Positions 49,176-58,967 of a stretch of DNA of 64,000 bases are shown here, one piece after another. The notes beneath the pieces were generated by a model. It searched no databases and was not told the DNA's origin. It saw nothing but the letters and a program-made list of their open reading frames with translations. The DNA lies in NCBI GenBank assembly GCA_001784875.1, contig MFSH01000002.1, positions 1,220-65,219 of the forward strand, written 5' to 3'. The translations under genes were made by a program, and so were the position numbers. The DNA is from Candidatus Moranbacteria bacterium RIFOXYB1_FULL_43_19. Lineage in GTDB: Bacteria > Patescibacteriota > Minisyncoccia > Moranbacterales > UBA11712. How positions within the stretch are numbered: the first letter of the stretch is position 1; every line of letters begins with the position of its first letter.

Positions 49176-50102
49176 TTAAGTTGATATCTGCAATTTTTTA
49201 TAAACGCTTCCCGCCGCCACCGCTCCTTCCGCCGCCGCAGTGATAATCTGCCTCAATTTGTTTGATCCGTTGGTTGCGTCTCCCGCCGCCCAAACACACA
49301 GAGCATTCGTACTTTGGCCGGAATCCACCTTAATATATCCCTGCTCATCCGTTTCCACGCCCAGCTGTTTTGTGAGTTCGATTCCCGGCTCGCTTCCGAT
49401 TTCAATGAAAACGCCCTGAACTGCCAATTCGCCGCTCCCATCTCGCTCCTTGTCCAGAACAATTTTTTCAACCGCCTTATCCCCTTTTATCTCTTTGATA
49501 TTCGTATTATAAATAATTTCTATTTTCCCCTCGGCTGAAATTTTCTCCCCGTAAGCCGGATCCACTTTGAGTTTTTCTCCCCGATAGATCAAATATACTT
49601 TTCTAGCGTATTGAGCAAGAAGCAAAGCGGCTGACCCGGCGCTGTTTCCCCCGCCGACGACGGCCGCAATTTTATCTTTGAAAAAAGCCGCGTCGCAAGT
49701 CGGGCAATACGAAACTCCCTTGCCCTTGAATTCAGTTTCCCCGGGAATTTCAAGTTTCCTGTATTCCATTCCCGAAGCCAAAATGATATTTTTTGCGTGG
49801 TACTGGGAGGCATGAGCCGTGATCTTGAATATATCCCCTTCCTTGGCGACGCTGGATACTGAATCCATCAGAATTTCTGCTCCCAATTTCTCGGCGTGCT
49901 GGCGCATTTTCTGGAGAAGCTCAAAGCCGGATATTGAAATCGTCCCCGGCCAGTTTTCAATCTGGTGGGCTTCGTTGGCTTGTCCGCCGGGCTCTTTGCC
50001 AACCACGAGATGCTTCACCTTGTATCGGGAAGAATAGATTGAAGCTGTGAGCCCCGCCGGCCCGGAACCAATTATCATTAAATCATAAATCTTGTTTTCC
50101 AT
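49176..50102 (-). CDS. trxB: Thioredoxin reductase
   Basis: GSGPAG, GVSYCPTCD, VGGGNSA, AAGD. Confidence 0.92.
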   Translation of the reverse strand: MENKIYDLMIIGSGPAGLTASIYSSRYKVKHLVVGKEPGGQANEAHQIENWPGTISISGFELLQKMRQHAEKLGAEILMDSVSSVAKEGDIFKITAHASQYHAKNIILASGMEYRKLEIPGETEFKGKGVSYCPTCDAAFFKDKIAAVVGGGNSAGSAALLLAQYARKVYLIYRGEKLKVDPAYGEKISAEGKIEIIYNTNIKEIKGDKAVEKIVLDKERDGSGELAVQGVFIEIGSEPGIELTKQLGVETDEQGYIKVDSGQSTNALCVWAAGDATNGSNKLRQIITAAAEGAVAAGSVYKKLQIST

Positions 50103-50271
50103 AAGTGTAGCTTAATACAAGAAAATTATGCAATTCAACCAAAAATTCTAAATCCCAAGCACTAAATCCTAAATAAATTCAAATATCAAAAATAAAATTT
50201 TCAAAAAGTTTTGAGTTTTGGTAATTCAGACTTTGAAATTGTTTAGGATTTAGAAATTAGAATTTAGGATT

Positions 50272-50586
50272 TCACACCTTTTCTAGCTCTTCCTTCAATC
50301 CTTCTTTTGATTGCGCTCCCACCAATTGCTGCATTTCCTTGCCTCCTTTGAAAATAATCAATGTTGGAATTGACATTATCCCGTATTTCGCCGCCGTTTC
50401 GCGGTTTTCATCAACGTTTACTTTCCCGACTTTGAATTTATCCTTCACTTCTTCCGCCAATTCCTCGATAATCGGCCCCATCATCTGGCAGGGTCCGCAC
50501 CAGGCCGCCCAAAAATCAACGAGGACCGGCTTGTCGCTTTTCAAAACTTCGGCTTCAAAATTTTGGTCTGTGAACTCATGCGCCAT
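50272..50586 (-). CDS. trxA: Thioredoxin
   Basis: DFWAAWCGPC, SIPT. Confidence 0.95.
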   Translation of the reverse strand: MAHEFTDQNFEAEVLKSDKPVLVDFWAAWCGPCQMMGPIIEELAEEVKDKFKVGKVNVDENRETAAKYGIMSIPTLIIFKGGKEMQQLVGAQSKEGLKEELEKV

Positions 50587-50597
50587 ATTTTTTATTC

Positions 50598-51119
50598 TTA
50601 AGTTTTTTTACGATTTAGATAAACAAGCGCTCCTCCCCCGACAAGAACGAGCGCAAAGATTAATACGGGAAAAATGCTTTTTTTGTTTCCGTTTTCATTT
50701 CGAACCGGCTGGCTTTCCTGCTTGGTGTCATTTTCATTTGCATTTTCAGCATTTCCCGCGTCCGGCAACACATTGGCGTTCTCCGCCAAGTCGATTTCTC
50801 GGACAAAATTATCAATAATCGGCTGATCGCCAACAATAAACTTATCAGCAAAAGCAATTGCCGGAACGCTTCCCTTGAACTCACTGTTGAACTTTTCTCC
50901 GAATTTCATGAGAAGTCGCGCGTTGAAAGGATTTGAAAATTCGAGTTTGGTGATGTCATACTTTTCGTGTATCCCATTCGCCTGGAAATATTCGTCCACG
51001 TTTTTGCAATGTGGACACTGCTCACCGTAGAAATAGTAGGCCTTTTTTTTAGAGCTGTCCTGAGCAAACACAAGAACGGGAATGACAAAGGCTAACGCAA
51101 ACAAAAATATTTTTTTCAT
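50598..51119 (-). CDS. Exported glutaredoxin/thioredoxin-fold protein with C-terminal TM anchor
   Basis: Signal peptide, CPHC, SVP, C-terminal hydrophobic helix + RKK. Confidence 0.7.
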   Translation of the reverse strand: MKKIFLFALAFVIPVLVFAQDSSKKKAYYFYGEQCPHCKNVDEYFQANGIHEKYDITKLEFSNPFNARLLMKFGEKFNSEFKGSVPAIAFADKFIVGDQPIIDNFVREIDLAENANVLPDAGNAENANENDTKQESQPVRNENGNKKSIFPVLIFALVLVGGGALVYLNRKKT

Positions 51120-51231
51120 AAAATTTCTAATTTTTTAATTTTAAATTTTGAATGACCGAATTTTAAATATTTCAAAATTAACTAATTCGAAACTGATTCG
51201 AAATTCGAAATTAGAAATTCAAAATTGCACG

Positions 51232-51948
51232 TCAGCGTCCAAATCTCCTTGCTCGCCTTGAATAATCCGCAATCGCTTCACGCATTTTCTTTTCATTGAA
51301 ATCCGGCCAGAGAACGGGCGAAAAATACATTTGGGCGTTCCGAAGGTCCCACATCATGAAACCGGCGCTCATATGCGGCTCGCCGCCCGTGCGGACAAGA
51401 AGATCAACCGGCGGAAGATCCCGCGTCATTAGGTGGTCCTTTATCATCTTTGACGTAATACGCTTCATTTTGCCTTTGCATTTCTCAATGAGGCTGTTCG
51501 CCGCCTCAACCAGCTCGTCGTCTCCTGAATAGGCTAAAAGAAAATTGAGGAAAAATTTCTGGTATTTTTCTGTTTCGCGCATGCACTTCCGGATGATTTT
51601 TTTGATCGTTTCCGGAAATTGTTCCTCCCATTTTCCTATTACATTCACCCGCACCTCATTTTTGTGGATATCTTCGCTGTCAATCAACTTCAAAAAGTAC
51701 CTCCGATATATATCGAGCAGCGCTTTTTTTTCACGAAACGGCCTTTTGCGGAGATTATCAAGCGACGATCCCCAGAAAGTGACGTACTTCACTCCCAAAT
51801 CCAAATTTTCCCGCAAAACTTTTTCGAGATTCTTTGCTCCCGCGTCATGGCCGTCCCAGGGCTTGAGTCCTTTTTTCTTCGCCCAGCGCCGATTTCCGTC
51901 AGGAATGATAGCGACGTGGGTAGGAATGTTTTTAAACTTATCGGACAT
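51232..51948 (-). CDS. uppS: Undecaprenyl diphosphate synthase
   Basis: HVAIIPDGNRRWA, DLLVRTGGE, WPDF. Confidence 0.92.
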   Translation of the reverse strand: MSDKFKNIPTHVAIIPDGNRRWAKKKGLKPWDGHDAGAKNLEKVLRENLDLGVKYVTFWGSSLDNLRKRPFREKKALLDIYRRYFLKLIDSEDIHKNEVRVNVIGKWEEQFPETIKKIIRKCMRETEKYQKFFLNFLLAYSGDDELVEAANSLIEKCKGKMKRITSKMIKDHLMTRDLPPVDLLVRTGGEPHMSAGFMMWDLRNAQMYFSPVLWPDFNEKKMREAIADYSRRARRFGR

Positions 51949-52166
51949 AATAAAAACAAAATTAGAAAGTCCAGCTTTCCGTTTGGTCTAAGATAATTTT
52001 ATAACAGAAATGAATATAAGACAAATATTTTGTTTATTGTAACAAGGCTGTGGGCAGTGGGTCTGGTTATCGGTCATAAGTTACTGGATTTATTTTATAA
52101 TGACCCAAGACCAAAAACTAAAGACCTGTCCCACAGCCAATGACCATTGTAACCAACGACCAAAAC

Positions 52167-53234
52167 CTAGACCTCCCTCTTCACTATATAATCCGCGATT
52201 CCGACCAGGAATTCCCTGGTAACTTTTTCAAAGTCAGATTTTTCAATGGCTTTTTTGCCCCTTTCGACATATTTTTTCGCCAAAGCTTGGGAATAGTCGA
52301 GGGAGCCAGTTTCCCGTATCGTTTGCCTGAAGCTTTCTATGCCACTTTCAGAAACATTTTTATTCCCTAAAAGTTTTTTTATCAGCCTTTTCTGCTCCGC
52401 ATTTCCATTCTCGAGCGCTTTGGCAATGAGAAGGGTCTGTTTCCCTTCCCGAAGATCGGAACAGACCGGCTTGCCCAGTTTTTTCTCATCTCCGAAAGCT
52501 CCCAGGATGTCGTCCTGAATTTGGAAAGCAATTCCCACTGGAACGGCGTATTCGCTCAAGACTTTCAGCATTTTTTCATCCGCGCCGGCGAGAAGCGCAC
52601 CGAGATGTAGCGGGCCTTCGACCGTATACTTGGCAGTTTTGTTCCGATGGACCTCGAGAATTTCTTTTTCGCTTGCCTGGCCTTTGGCTTCGAGCATCAC
52701 GTCCAAAATTTCCCCGGAAACAGTGTTTACGACAATTTCCTGAAGTTTGGAAAGGGCCTTCTGCTTTCTCTCTGGCGCAAAGCGGGAATTGAAGATTATG
52801 TCGTTTCCAAAGGCCGCCGCCATGTCCCCAACTACAATCGCCATCGAATCCCCGAAATGCTTCGGGTCAACTTTTTTATAAAATCTTTTCGCCAGATTTT
52901 CATATTTTTTGTGGATCGCCTGGACTCCATGGCGGAAATCGTCCCGGTCAATTATATCATCGTGGATGAGAAGAAAAATATGAGTGAGCTCGATGCTCAT
53001 TGAGGCTTCGATGATTTTTTCAAAGTCCTTGCCGTTTGCCGCCCGGTATCCCCAATACATAAAACTGGCCCGCACCCGTTTCCCGCCGGCGAGCAACATA
53101 TCGCGAATGCTTTTCACCGCGTCCCGCGCCGATGGCCCAACCTCGTGCATTTCCTGAAGCTTTTTGGTGAAATATTGGGCAAGTTTCTGGTCAAGCGCTT
53201 TTTTGTAGTTTTGCAGTTCGATTTTGGCGTCCAT
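52167..53234 (-). CDS. Polyprenyl (trans-prenyl) diphosphate synthase
   Basis: GGKRVR, LIHDDIID, FQIQDD, DLREGK; start placed at ATG 53234. Confidence 0.9.
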   Translation of the reverse strand: MDAKIELQNYKKALDQKLAQYFTKKLQEMHEVGPSARDAVKSIRDMLLAGGKRVRASFMYWGYRAANGKDFEKIIEASMSIELTHIFLLIHDDIIDRDDFRHGVQAIHKKYENLAKRFYKKVDPKHFGDSMAIVVGDMAAAFGNDIIFNSRFAPERKQKALSKLQEIVVNTVSGEILDVMLEAKGQASEKEILEVHRNKTAKYTVEGPLHLGALLAGADEKMLKVLSEYAVPVGIAFQIQDDILGAFGDEKKLGKPVCSDLREGKQTLLIAKALENGNAEQKRLIKKLLGNKNVSESGIESFRQTIRETGSLDYSQALAKKYVERGKKAIEKSDFEKVTREFLVGIADYIVKREV

Positions 53235-53778
53235 ATAATCTAAATATGCTTTATATAAAGCAATTTGTTGGATTTTATTTGACAAAAGAGATTTTTTTGA
53301 TTATTATATTAGCTAACAAATAGAAAAGAAAGGAGGTCCTTTGCAGCGGCAAGGGTGGCGGAATGATCAACCGCCGAAGCCATTCTTGAACAAACTATTA
53401 TTTTAAGGAGTGGGTTTTATGACTGGAGTATGGTCATTAAAGGGTAAAGGACCCGAAAAAAAAGTGATTGGGAGCCCTGTTGAAGCAGCAAATGCCCTCG
53501 ACTCCCTCGGCTATTCGGAAATGACTTACGTGGGTCCAGCGCCCGCCATCAACGGAAGGAGCAAAACCTTCAACTCCAGACGCAGGGATAATTAACCCTG
53601 TATAACCGCTAACATACCGCCCTGCGGCACTAGGACGCCATCGCGCGTATCATTACCTAGTGCCCGGGGCACCTTTTTTTATAAGGACAATTGATACAAA
53701 ACTGCAAATCGCCTAACCCAGGCGTTTTTTTTATTCTAAAATACAAAATACTAGATACCAAATACTATATACTATTTT

Positions 53779-53850
53779 TGACCCTACGGGGAATCGAACC
53801 CCGGTTACCAGGATGAGAACCTGGCGTCCTGGCCGCTAGACGATAGGGCC
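53779..53850 (-). tRNA. tRNA-Glu(CTC)
   Basis: GGCCCTATCGTCTAGCGGCCAGGAC..CCAGG-TTCTCAT-CCTGG..GGTTCGATTCC. Confidence 0.95.
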
Positions 53851-53862
53851 GCAATATTTTCA

Positions 53863-53916
53863 AGGATGCCTGTCCGCCTGTGGTGGAAGAACCTAGTGTC
53901 CTGGGCCGGGCTAGAC
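53863..53916 (-). pseudogene. Degenerate tRNA-Glu fragment interrupted by a 19-bp insert
   Basis: AGGATG[CCTGTCCGCCTGTGGTGGA]AGAACCTAGTGTCCTGG..GCTAGAC parallels AGGATGAGAACCTGGCGTCCTGGCCGCTAGAC of the intact gene. Confidence 0.5.
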
Positions 53917-54367
53917 CTGCCCGAAATGCTTTCATCTTTAGTTTGCTCGCTCGAGAATAAAACTATCTTGGTCTTGATTGGGCCTTTATACTATTAAATA
54001 ATAGCATTTCAAAGCAGGCGGGCGAACTCAGCATATGAATAAACGGGTGTACCAACCCATACATTACACAAAAATTCCTCTTTTGTCTACAAGATACAAG
54101 TAGCGAGAATGTAACTAGTATCCGCATCATTGCGCTATTGCATTGATTCAACAATACCGGGTAACAAACTTTGTTTTGATACTCCAGAACATTGAAGCAA
54201 AATAAAGCACTACCGTTATCTGTAATACGGTAGTGCTTTATTTTCTTGTTGATATTTTATTCGGATAATTAAAATTTTTCCAAAAAGAAAAGGGGCCAGC
54301 TGAAGTAAACTGGACCCCGAGAGTAAAAAGAGTATCAGGATTCGCATTTGTATTTCTCCGTTGAGAA

Positions 54368-54565
54368 TCAAGCTGAGGGTTGGCGAAGGATTTGATGGGT
54401 TCCCAGGTGCTGGAACAGTGTGCCCCTATACGTTGGGCACACGTGCGTTTGGCTATTTCCGCAACGCTTATTTGCAGCGTTCCATTCCCACCAGAGACAG
54501 TTGACACATTCTCCCTTCCTTGCCTCGTTAAGGCAAATCTGGCCAACATTTTTTAAATCTACCAT
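54368..54565 (-). CDS. Small Cys-rich hypothetical protein
   Basis: 65 aa, CVNC..C..CP; GAGGAGG SD before ATG 54565. Confidence 0.45.
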   Translation of the reverse strand: MVDLKNVGQICLNEARKGECVNCLWWEWNAANKRCGNSQTHVCPTYRGTLFQHLGTHQILRQPSA

Positions 54566-55070
54566 GACGCCTCCTCGAGACCCCTTGGGGGGATCCGGAA
54601 AAATTTTATAAAAAATTTGGTTAGTCTTGCGCCCGACTTGAGAATCAAATTTTCGTTTGATTCCTAAATCGGACCCAAGACTTCCCGTTCTTTCCTCCTG
54701 AAAACCCCGCACCAGTTCCGGCTATTTTTTTTCCAAAATTCACGAAATAGCGCGAAGCGGCTTCGCCCCTAGACGGTTCAAAAACCAAGATTGTAGCTTG
54801 AACTGGCGCGGGGTAAACACAAAACGACCCAGCGTATCGCATGGATCGTTTGTTAAAGAGCTGACGGCTGTCCCCTACTTGCCCCGTTAAATTCGCGAAG
54901 CGAATATTTAATGGGGTTTATTTTCACAACCGCAAGCTCTCTTTAGATATTTAATTTTCCCGAATTTTATTTTCCTCTTTTCATTTCAACGCTTCTTTAT
55001 TTTATTCCTCTTAACAGACTGCTGTCAATAGGGTTTATCCACAGGCTTTTTTTATTATATTTATCACTAA

Positions 55071-56465
55071 TCACTTGTCTTTCCATTCTTCAGTTTGTCT
55101 GGGAAGCAATTTTTTGGCCTGCTGGGGATGGCGCATGATTTCCTCGGATAGACGCTCCATCCTGGCTCCCTGGGAACCTTTTATCAAAATTACATCGCCT
55201 TCGGCAAGCTCTTTCTGAATAGGGATTTTAGCTTCGGAGGAATCATTATAGAAAAATATTTGGTTTTTGTCAAGGCCAGCCTTCTCCGCTTCGTCGGCGA
55301 TGAATTTGGCTTTATCCCCCACCGCGAACAAAACATCCGCCACTTCCGCCACTTTTCTTCCGACTTCCCTGTGTCCCGATTCTGTTTCTGATCCAAGCTC
55401 AAGCATATTTCCAAGAGCCACAATTTTTCGGCGGGCTTTTATTTTTTCAAGCACCTCGAGCGCCGCCAGGGTTGACTGCGGCGCGGCGTTGTAGCTGTCT
55501 TCTATGATAACTGTATTTTTTATGCCGTCGATGATGTTGAGCCTCCCCGCGGGAGATTGAAAATTTTTGAGAGCGTTGGCAATTTCAAGAAGATTCATCC
55601 CAAAATGGACGCCAGCCGCAGCCGCTGCCAAAACGGAATAAATTTGCGGCCGGCCGACTGACTGCATCAGCCTTACCGGCACAGACGCACCATCATAATT
55701 CAACTTGAAACTGATCCCTTTTATCTTATCGAGATCTCCTCCATAAAAATCCTCCGTCCTTTCATATCCGAAAAAAATATCCGAAGCCCGAACGTTTGCT
55801 TCTTCTGAAAAACCATAAAATATTTTTTTTACCCCCACACCAATCCCACCTTTTTCTGCTTGATAAATATTTCTGTCTTTCTGATTTTTTTTAACCGAAG
55901 AATTGGTGTGGGGGTGAATCTCTTCTGTCATTTTTCTCACTTCGACGTCATCAAAATTGAGAATGGCCATTCCTTCTTTCGCAAGATATTTGACCAGCGT
56001 TCCTTTTTCTTTGGCAATTTGCTTTTTATCTTTGAAAAATTCGAGGTGGCTAATCCCGACCGCTGTCACAACTCCCACTTCCGGCTTCAAAAAATTGACA
56101 AGATATCTGATATCCCCCGGCCGGTCGGCTCCCATTTCAAGGACCAAAATTTCCGGATATTTTTTTTTGCTTCCAAAAAAAGAATTAAAAAAGGAATCAA
56201 TCAGCACAAAAACCCATTTCAGCAAATTTCCCCCCCCGCTTTCCAGTCCGAGCACGGCGAGCGGAAGTCCAATTTCATTATTGTAGTTTTTCTCATTTTT
56301 TCGAACCTTAAACTTCGAAGAAAGAACTGTATATATTGCTTCTTTGGTCGAAGTTTTCCCGACTGAACCTGTCACACCGACAACCCGGGGCTTAAAACGG
56401 CGCAAGGTTTTGGTTGCGAAATACTTCAATATTTTTTCTAATAGCAGTATCTTGCAAGATTTCAT
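55071..56465 (-). CDS. murF: UDP-MurNAc-tripeptide:D-Ala-D-Ala ligase
   Basis: GVTGSVGKTSTKE, NYNNEIGLP, LEMG, DSYNAAP, GNMLELG, LIKGSQG. Confidence 0.93.
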   Translation of the reverse strand: MKSCKILLLEKILKYFATKTLRRFKPRVVGVTGSVGKTSTKEAIYTVLSSKFKVRKNEKNYNNEIGLPLAVLGLESGGGNLLKWVFVLIDSFFNSFFGSKKKYPEILVLEMGADRPGDIRYLVNFLKPEVGVVTAVGISHLEFFKDKKQIAKEKGTLVKYLAKEGMAILNFDDVEVRKMTEEIHPHTNSSVKKNQKDRNIYQAEKGGIGVGVKKIFYGFSEEANVRASDIFFGYERTEDFYGGDLDKIKGISFKLNYDGASVPVRLMQSVGRPQIYSVLAAAAAGVHFGMNLLEIANALKNFQSPAGRLNIIDGIKNTVIIEDSYNAAPQSTLAALEVLEKIKARRKIVALGNMLELGSETESGHREVGRKVAEVADVLFAVGDKAKFIADEAEKAGLDKNQIFFYNDSSEAKIPIQKELAEGDVILIKGSQGARMERLSEEIMRHPQQAKKLLPRQTEEWKDK

Positions 56466-56565
56466 AACAAGATCTAAAAACTTAAATCTAAAAACAGAAA
56501 ACGACAACGAAAATGCAAAAGTTTTTTGTTTTTAGCTGTTACTTTTACATTTTAGATTTTCATTT

Positions 56566-58446
56566 TTAGTTTTTATTTTTCTTCTTTTCTTTCTTTTCTT
56601 CATCTGGCAGCGTTGGCTGCTCCGGAGCAACTTCTTCCTCTTTCGGTGCCTGATATATCGAAACGTCGTGGGTGGCGTTAAATATATCTACATCTTTATC
56701 AGTGTATTCCTCTGTCGGCTCGACACTGAAATAATCTAACATGAATTTTGCCATTTCGCCAAACGTCGGAGCGGCGCTTGATTCGGCCCACTCGACGTTT
56801 TTTGGATTGTCCAGCTTTACAAGTATAGCAAACTTCGGATCATAAGCCGGCGCATATCCGGCAAAAGAGCCGACATGCGCATTCTCTTCATAACCGCCAC
56901 CTTCTTTTTTCGGAACTTGAGCCGTTCCGGTTTTCCCAGCCACAAGATAGCCAGGAACTCCCGCTCTTTTTCCATGCCCGTTTTGGACAACGCTGACGAG
57001 CATTCGTGTGAGATCCAGACTGGCTTCCCTCGATATCACCCGCTTTTCTTCCTGAGGCTGGGTTTTTGTTTCTTCACCATCGCCTTTCACGGTCTTATCA
57101 ACCAGATAAGGTTTCATCAATTCGCCTTCGTTGGCAACTGCCGCGAAAGCGTTCGCGAGCTGAAGCGGCGTCATTGAAATCCCCTGTCCAAATGACGCTG
57201 TGAATGAATTTATGTTTCGGAGCTCCGCCACACCTGAAATATTCCCTGAAACCTCTCCGATTGTTTCAATTCCCGATATTTGCCCAAATCCGAAATTTTT
57301 CACATATTCGTAAAAGCGCAAATTTCCCAGAAGCTTTTCAACAAAAATCGCTCCCGTGTTCAAAGACTTTTCAAGGACCTGGGTCATCGTCTGAACTCCA
57401 TTTGTTTTCCCGTCTGAATTTTTGATCGTGTATCCGGCTTCGTTTACCGCGCCCGTGTCAGTATATGTTGAGTCCGGTGTTACCACTTTTGTGTCGAGCC
57501 CCGCCGCCATCGTGATGGGCTTGAAAATTGATCCGCATTCATACGTCCCGCTCACTGCCGGATTGGAAAAAACCGACATATCTTCCACTCCGGAAAAATC
57601 ATTGGCATTGAAAGTCGGCCAGGACGCCATAGCCAGGATTGCTCCCGTATGGGGCTCTTGAATGACTATTGTTCCGCTGTCGGCGCTATATTTTTCAACC
57701 GATTTTTTGATCGCCATTTCGGCGCGATACTGGATTGTGTGATCAATCGTAAGATAGAGATCGGCTCCGTTTTCCGCCGGCACAACATTCCTGTCGCCGA
57801 TTGAAATCCAGCGACCACCCGTGTCCCGCTCCTGTTCCAGCCGGCCTTCTTGCCCGGCCAACTCTTTATCCCAATAGGCCTCCAGCCCATACCGGCCTTT
57901 GGTCCGGTTGCCGTCGGAACCGATAAAGCCGACAATTTGCGAGGCAAAAGTCCCGCCGGGATAAAAACGTTCTTCTTCCGGAGAAAAATAAATGCCTTTC
58001 AACTTTTTTCCCCTTATCTCATCAGCTTTATTTTCGTCCACTTTGTGTTTCAGCACCGCATACCAGCCGTCGGGCTGGTCCAGTTTTTCCCTTGTCTCCC
58101 TCTCATCAAGCTCAAGGATAGGGGCAATTAGGCGGGCGGTTTCTTCCGGATTTTCGACCTCGCGCGGCACGGCATACACAAGATTTAGCTCTTTGTTAAC
58201 CGCCACGGGATAATATCCGTCCCCATCTTTGACAAATATTTCTCCGCGCTTTGAGACAAGGTCGTCAAAAACTTTGTGCTGGTCAAAAGCCAGTTCCTGA
58301 TAATATTCGTGAGCAAGAACCTGAAGGCCATAAAGACGAAAAATCACAACTCCGACAACTGTCAAAATAAAAACGACCAGAACATATATCCGGAAGTTTG
58401 TTTTGAGAGAACCGGTTTTTTGATTGGAAAATTTGCTCTTAGTCAT
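56566..58446 (-). CDS. ftsI: Class B penicillin-binding protein (FtsI-like)
   Basis: KRGEIF, YECGSIFK (SxxK), KSLN (SxN), AGKTGTAQ; dcw position. Confidence 0.88.
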   Translation of the reverse strand: MTKSKFSNQKTGSLKTNFRIYVLVVFILTVVGVVIFRLYGLQVLAHEYYQELAFDQHKVFDDLVSKRGEIFVKDGDGYYPVAVNKELNLVYAVPREVENPEETARLIAPILELDERETREKLDQPDGWYAVLKHKVDENKADEIRGKKLKGIYFSPEEERFYPGGTFASQIVGFIGSDGNRTKGRYGLEAYWDKELAGQEGRLEQERDTGGRWISIGDRNVVPAENGADLYLTIDHTIQYRAEMAIKKSVEKYSADSGTIVIQEPHTGAILAMASWPTFNANDFSGVEDMSVFSNPAVSGTYECGSIFKPITMAAGLDTKVVTPDSTYTDTGAVNEAGYTIKNSDGKTNGVQTMTQVLEKSLNTGAIFVEKLLGNLRFYEYVKNFGFGQISGIETIGEVSGNISGVAELRNINSFTASFGQGISMTPLQLANAFAAVANEGELMKPYLVDKTVKGDGEETKTQPQEEKRVISREASLDLTRMLVSVVQNGHGKRAGVPGYLVAGKTGTAQVPKKEGGGYEENAHVGSFAGYAPAYDPKFAILVKLDNPKNVEWAESSAAPTFGEMAKFMLDYFSVEPTEEYTDKDVDIFNATHDVSIYQAPKEEEVAPEQPTLPDEEKKEKKKNKN

Positions 58447-58515
58447 CTTTATAAAATAAATCATGCGCGAAGCGCATACCAAATTTTGATTTTTTATATT
58501 TGACTTTTGATATTC

Positions 58516-58875
58516 TTATCTCATCGCCATATCTCCCGGCAAGTTGAGATAACTCACATCTTTTGGAACAACCATATTGAGATCTCTGGTCTTTTCTTCA
58601 ATCTTATACATCGATTTGAGCTCCGCTTCCTGGATTCGGAGATTCTCGTTTTCCTTTTTCAGCTTACTGAGCTGGTTTTCCAAATTTCTGATTTCATAGC
58701 CTTTCGTCGCCAAATTGTTCACTTCGAAAATATAAAAAACTCCCGCCGCGCAAACCAGTGCCACGAGAAGGAAACTCAAAGTCACCCGTCCCATTTTCGG
58801 ACTGGAATCAATGGATCTTTTTCTTTCACCGAACTGGACAGAACTGGAGTTGGTGATGGTAAGATAACGGCTCAT
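58516..58875 (-). CDS. ftsL: FtsL-like cell division protein
   Basis: Single TM + coiled coil between rsmH and ftsI. Confidence 0.65.
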   Translation of the reverse strand: MSRYLTITNSSSVQFGERKRSIDSSPKMGRVTLSFLLVALVCAAGVFYIFEVNNLATKGYEIRNLENQLSKLKKENENLRIQEAELKSMYKIEEKTRDLNMVVPKDVSYLNLPGDMAMR

Positions 58876-58967
58876 TGGACTTTCGTCCCCCTTTACCCTG
58901 TTAAATAATTTCGCGGAGCGAAATTGCCGCTAAGCGGCATTCAACAGGGTGAATTTTTTGTTTATTT

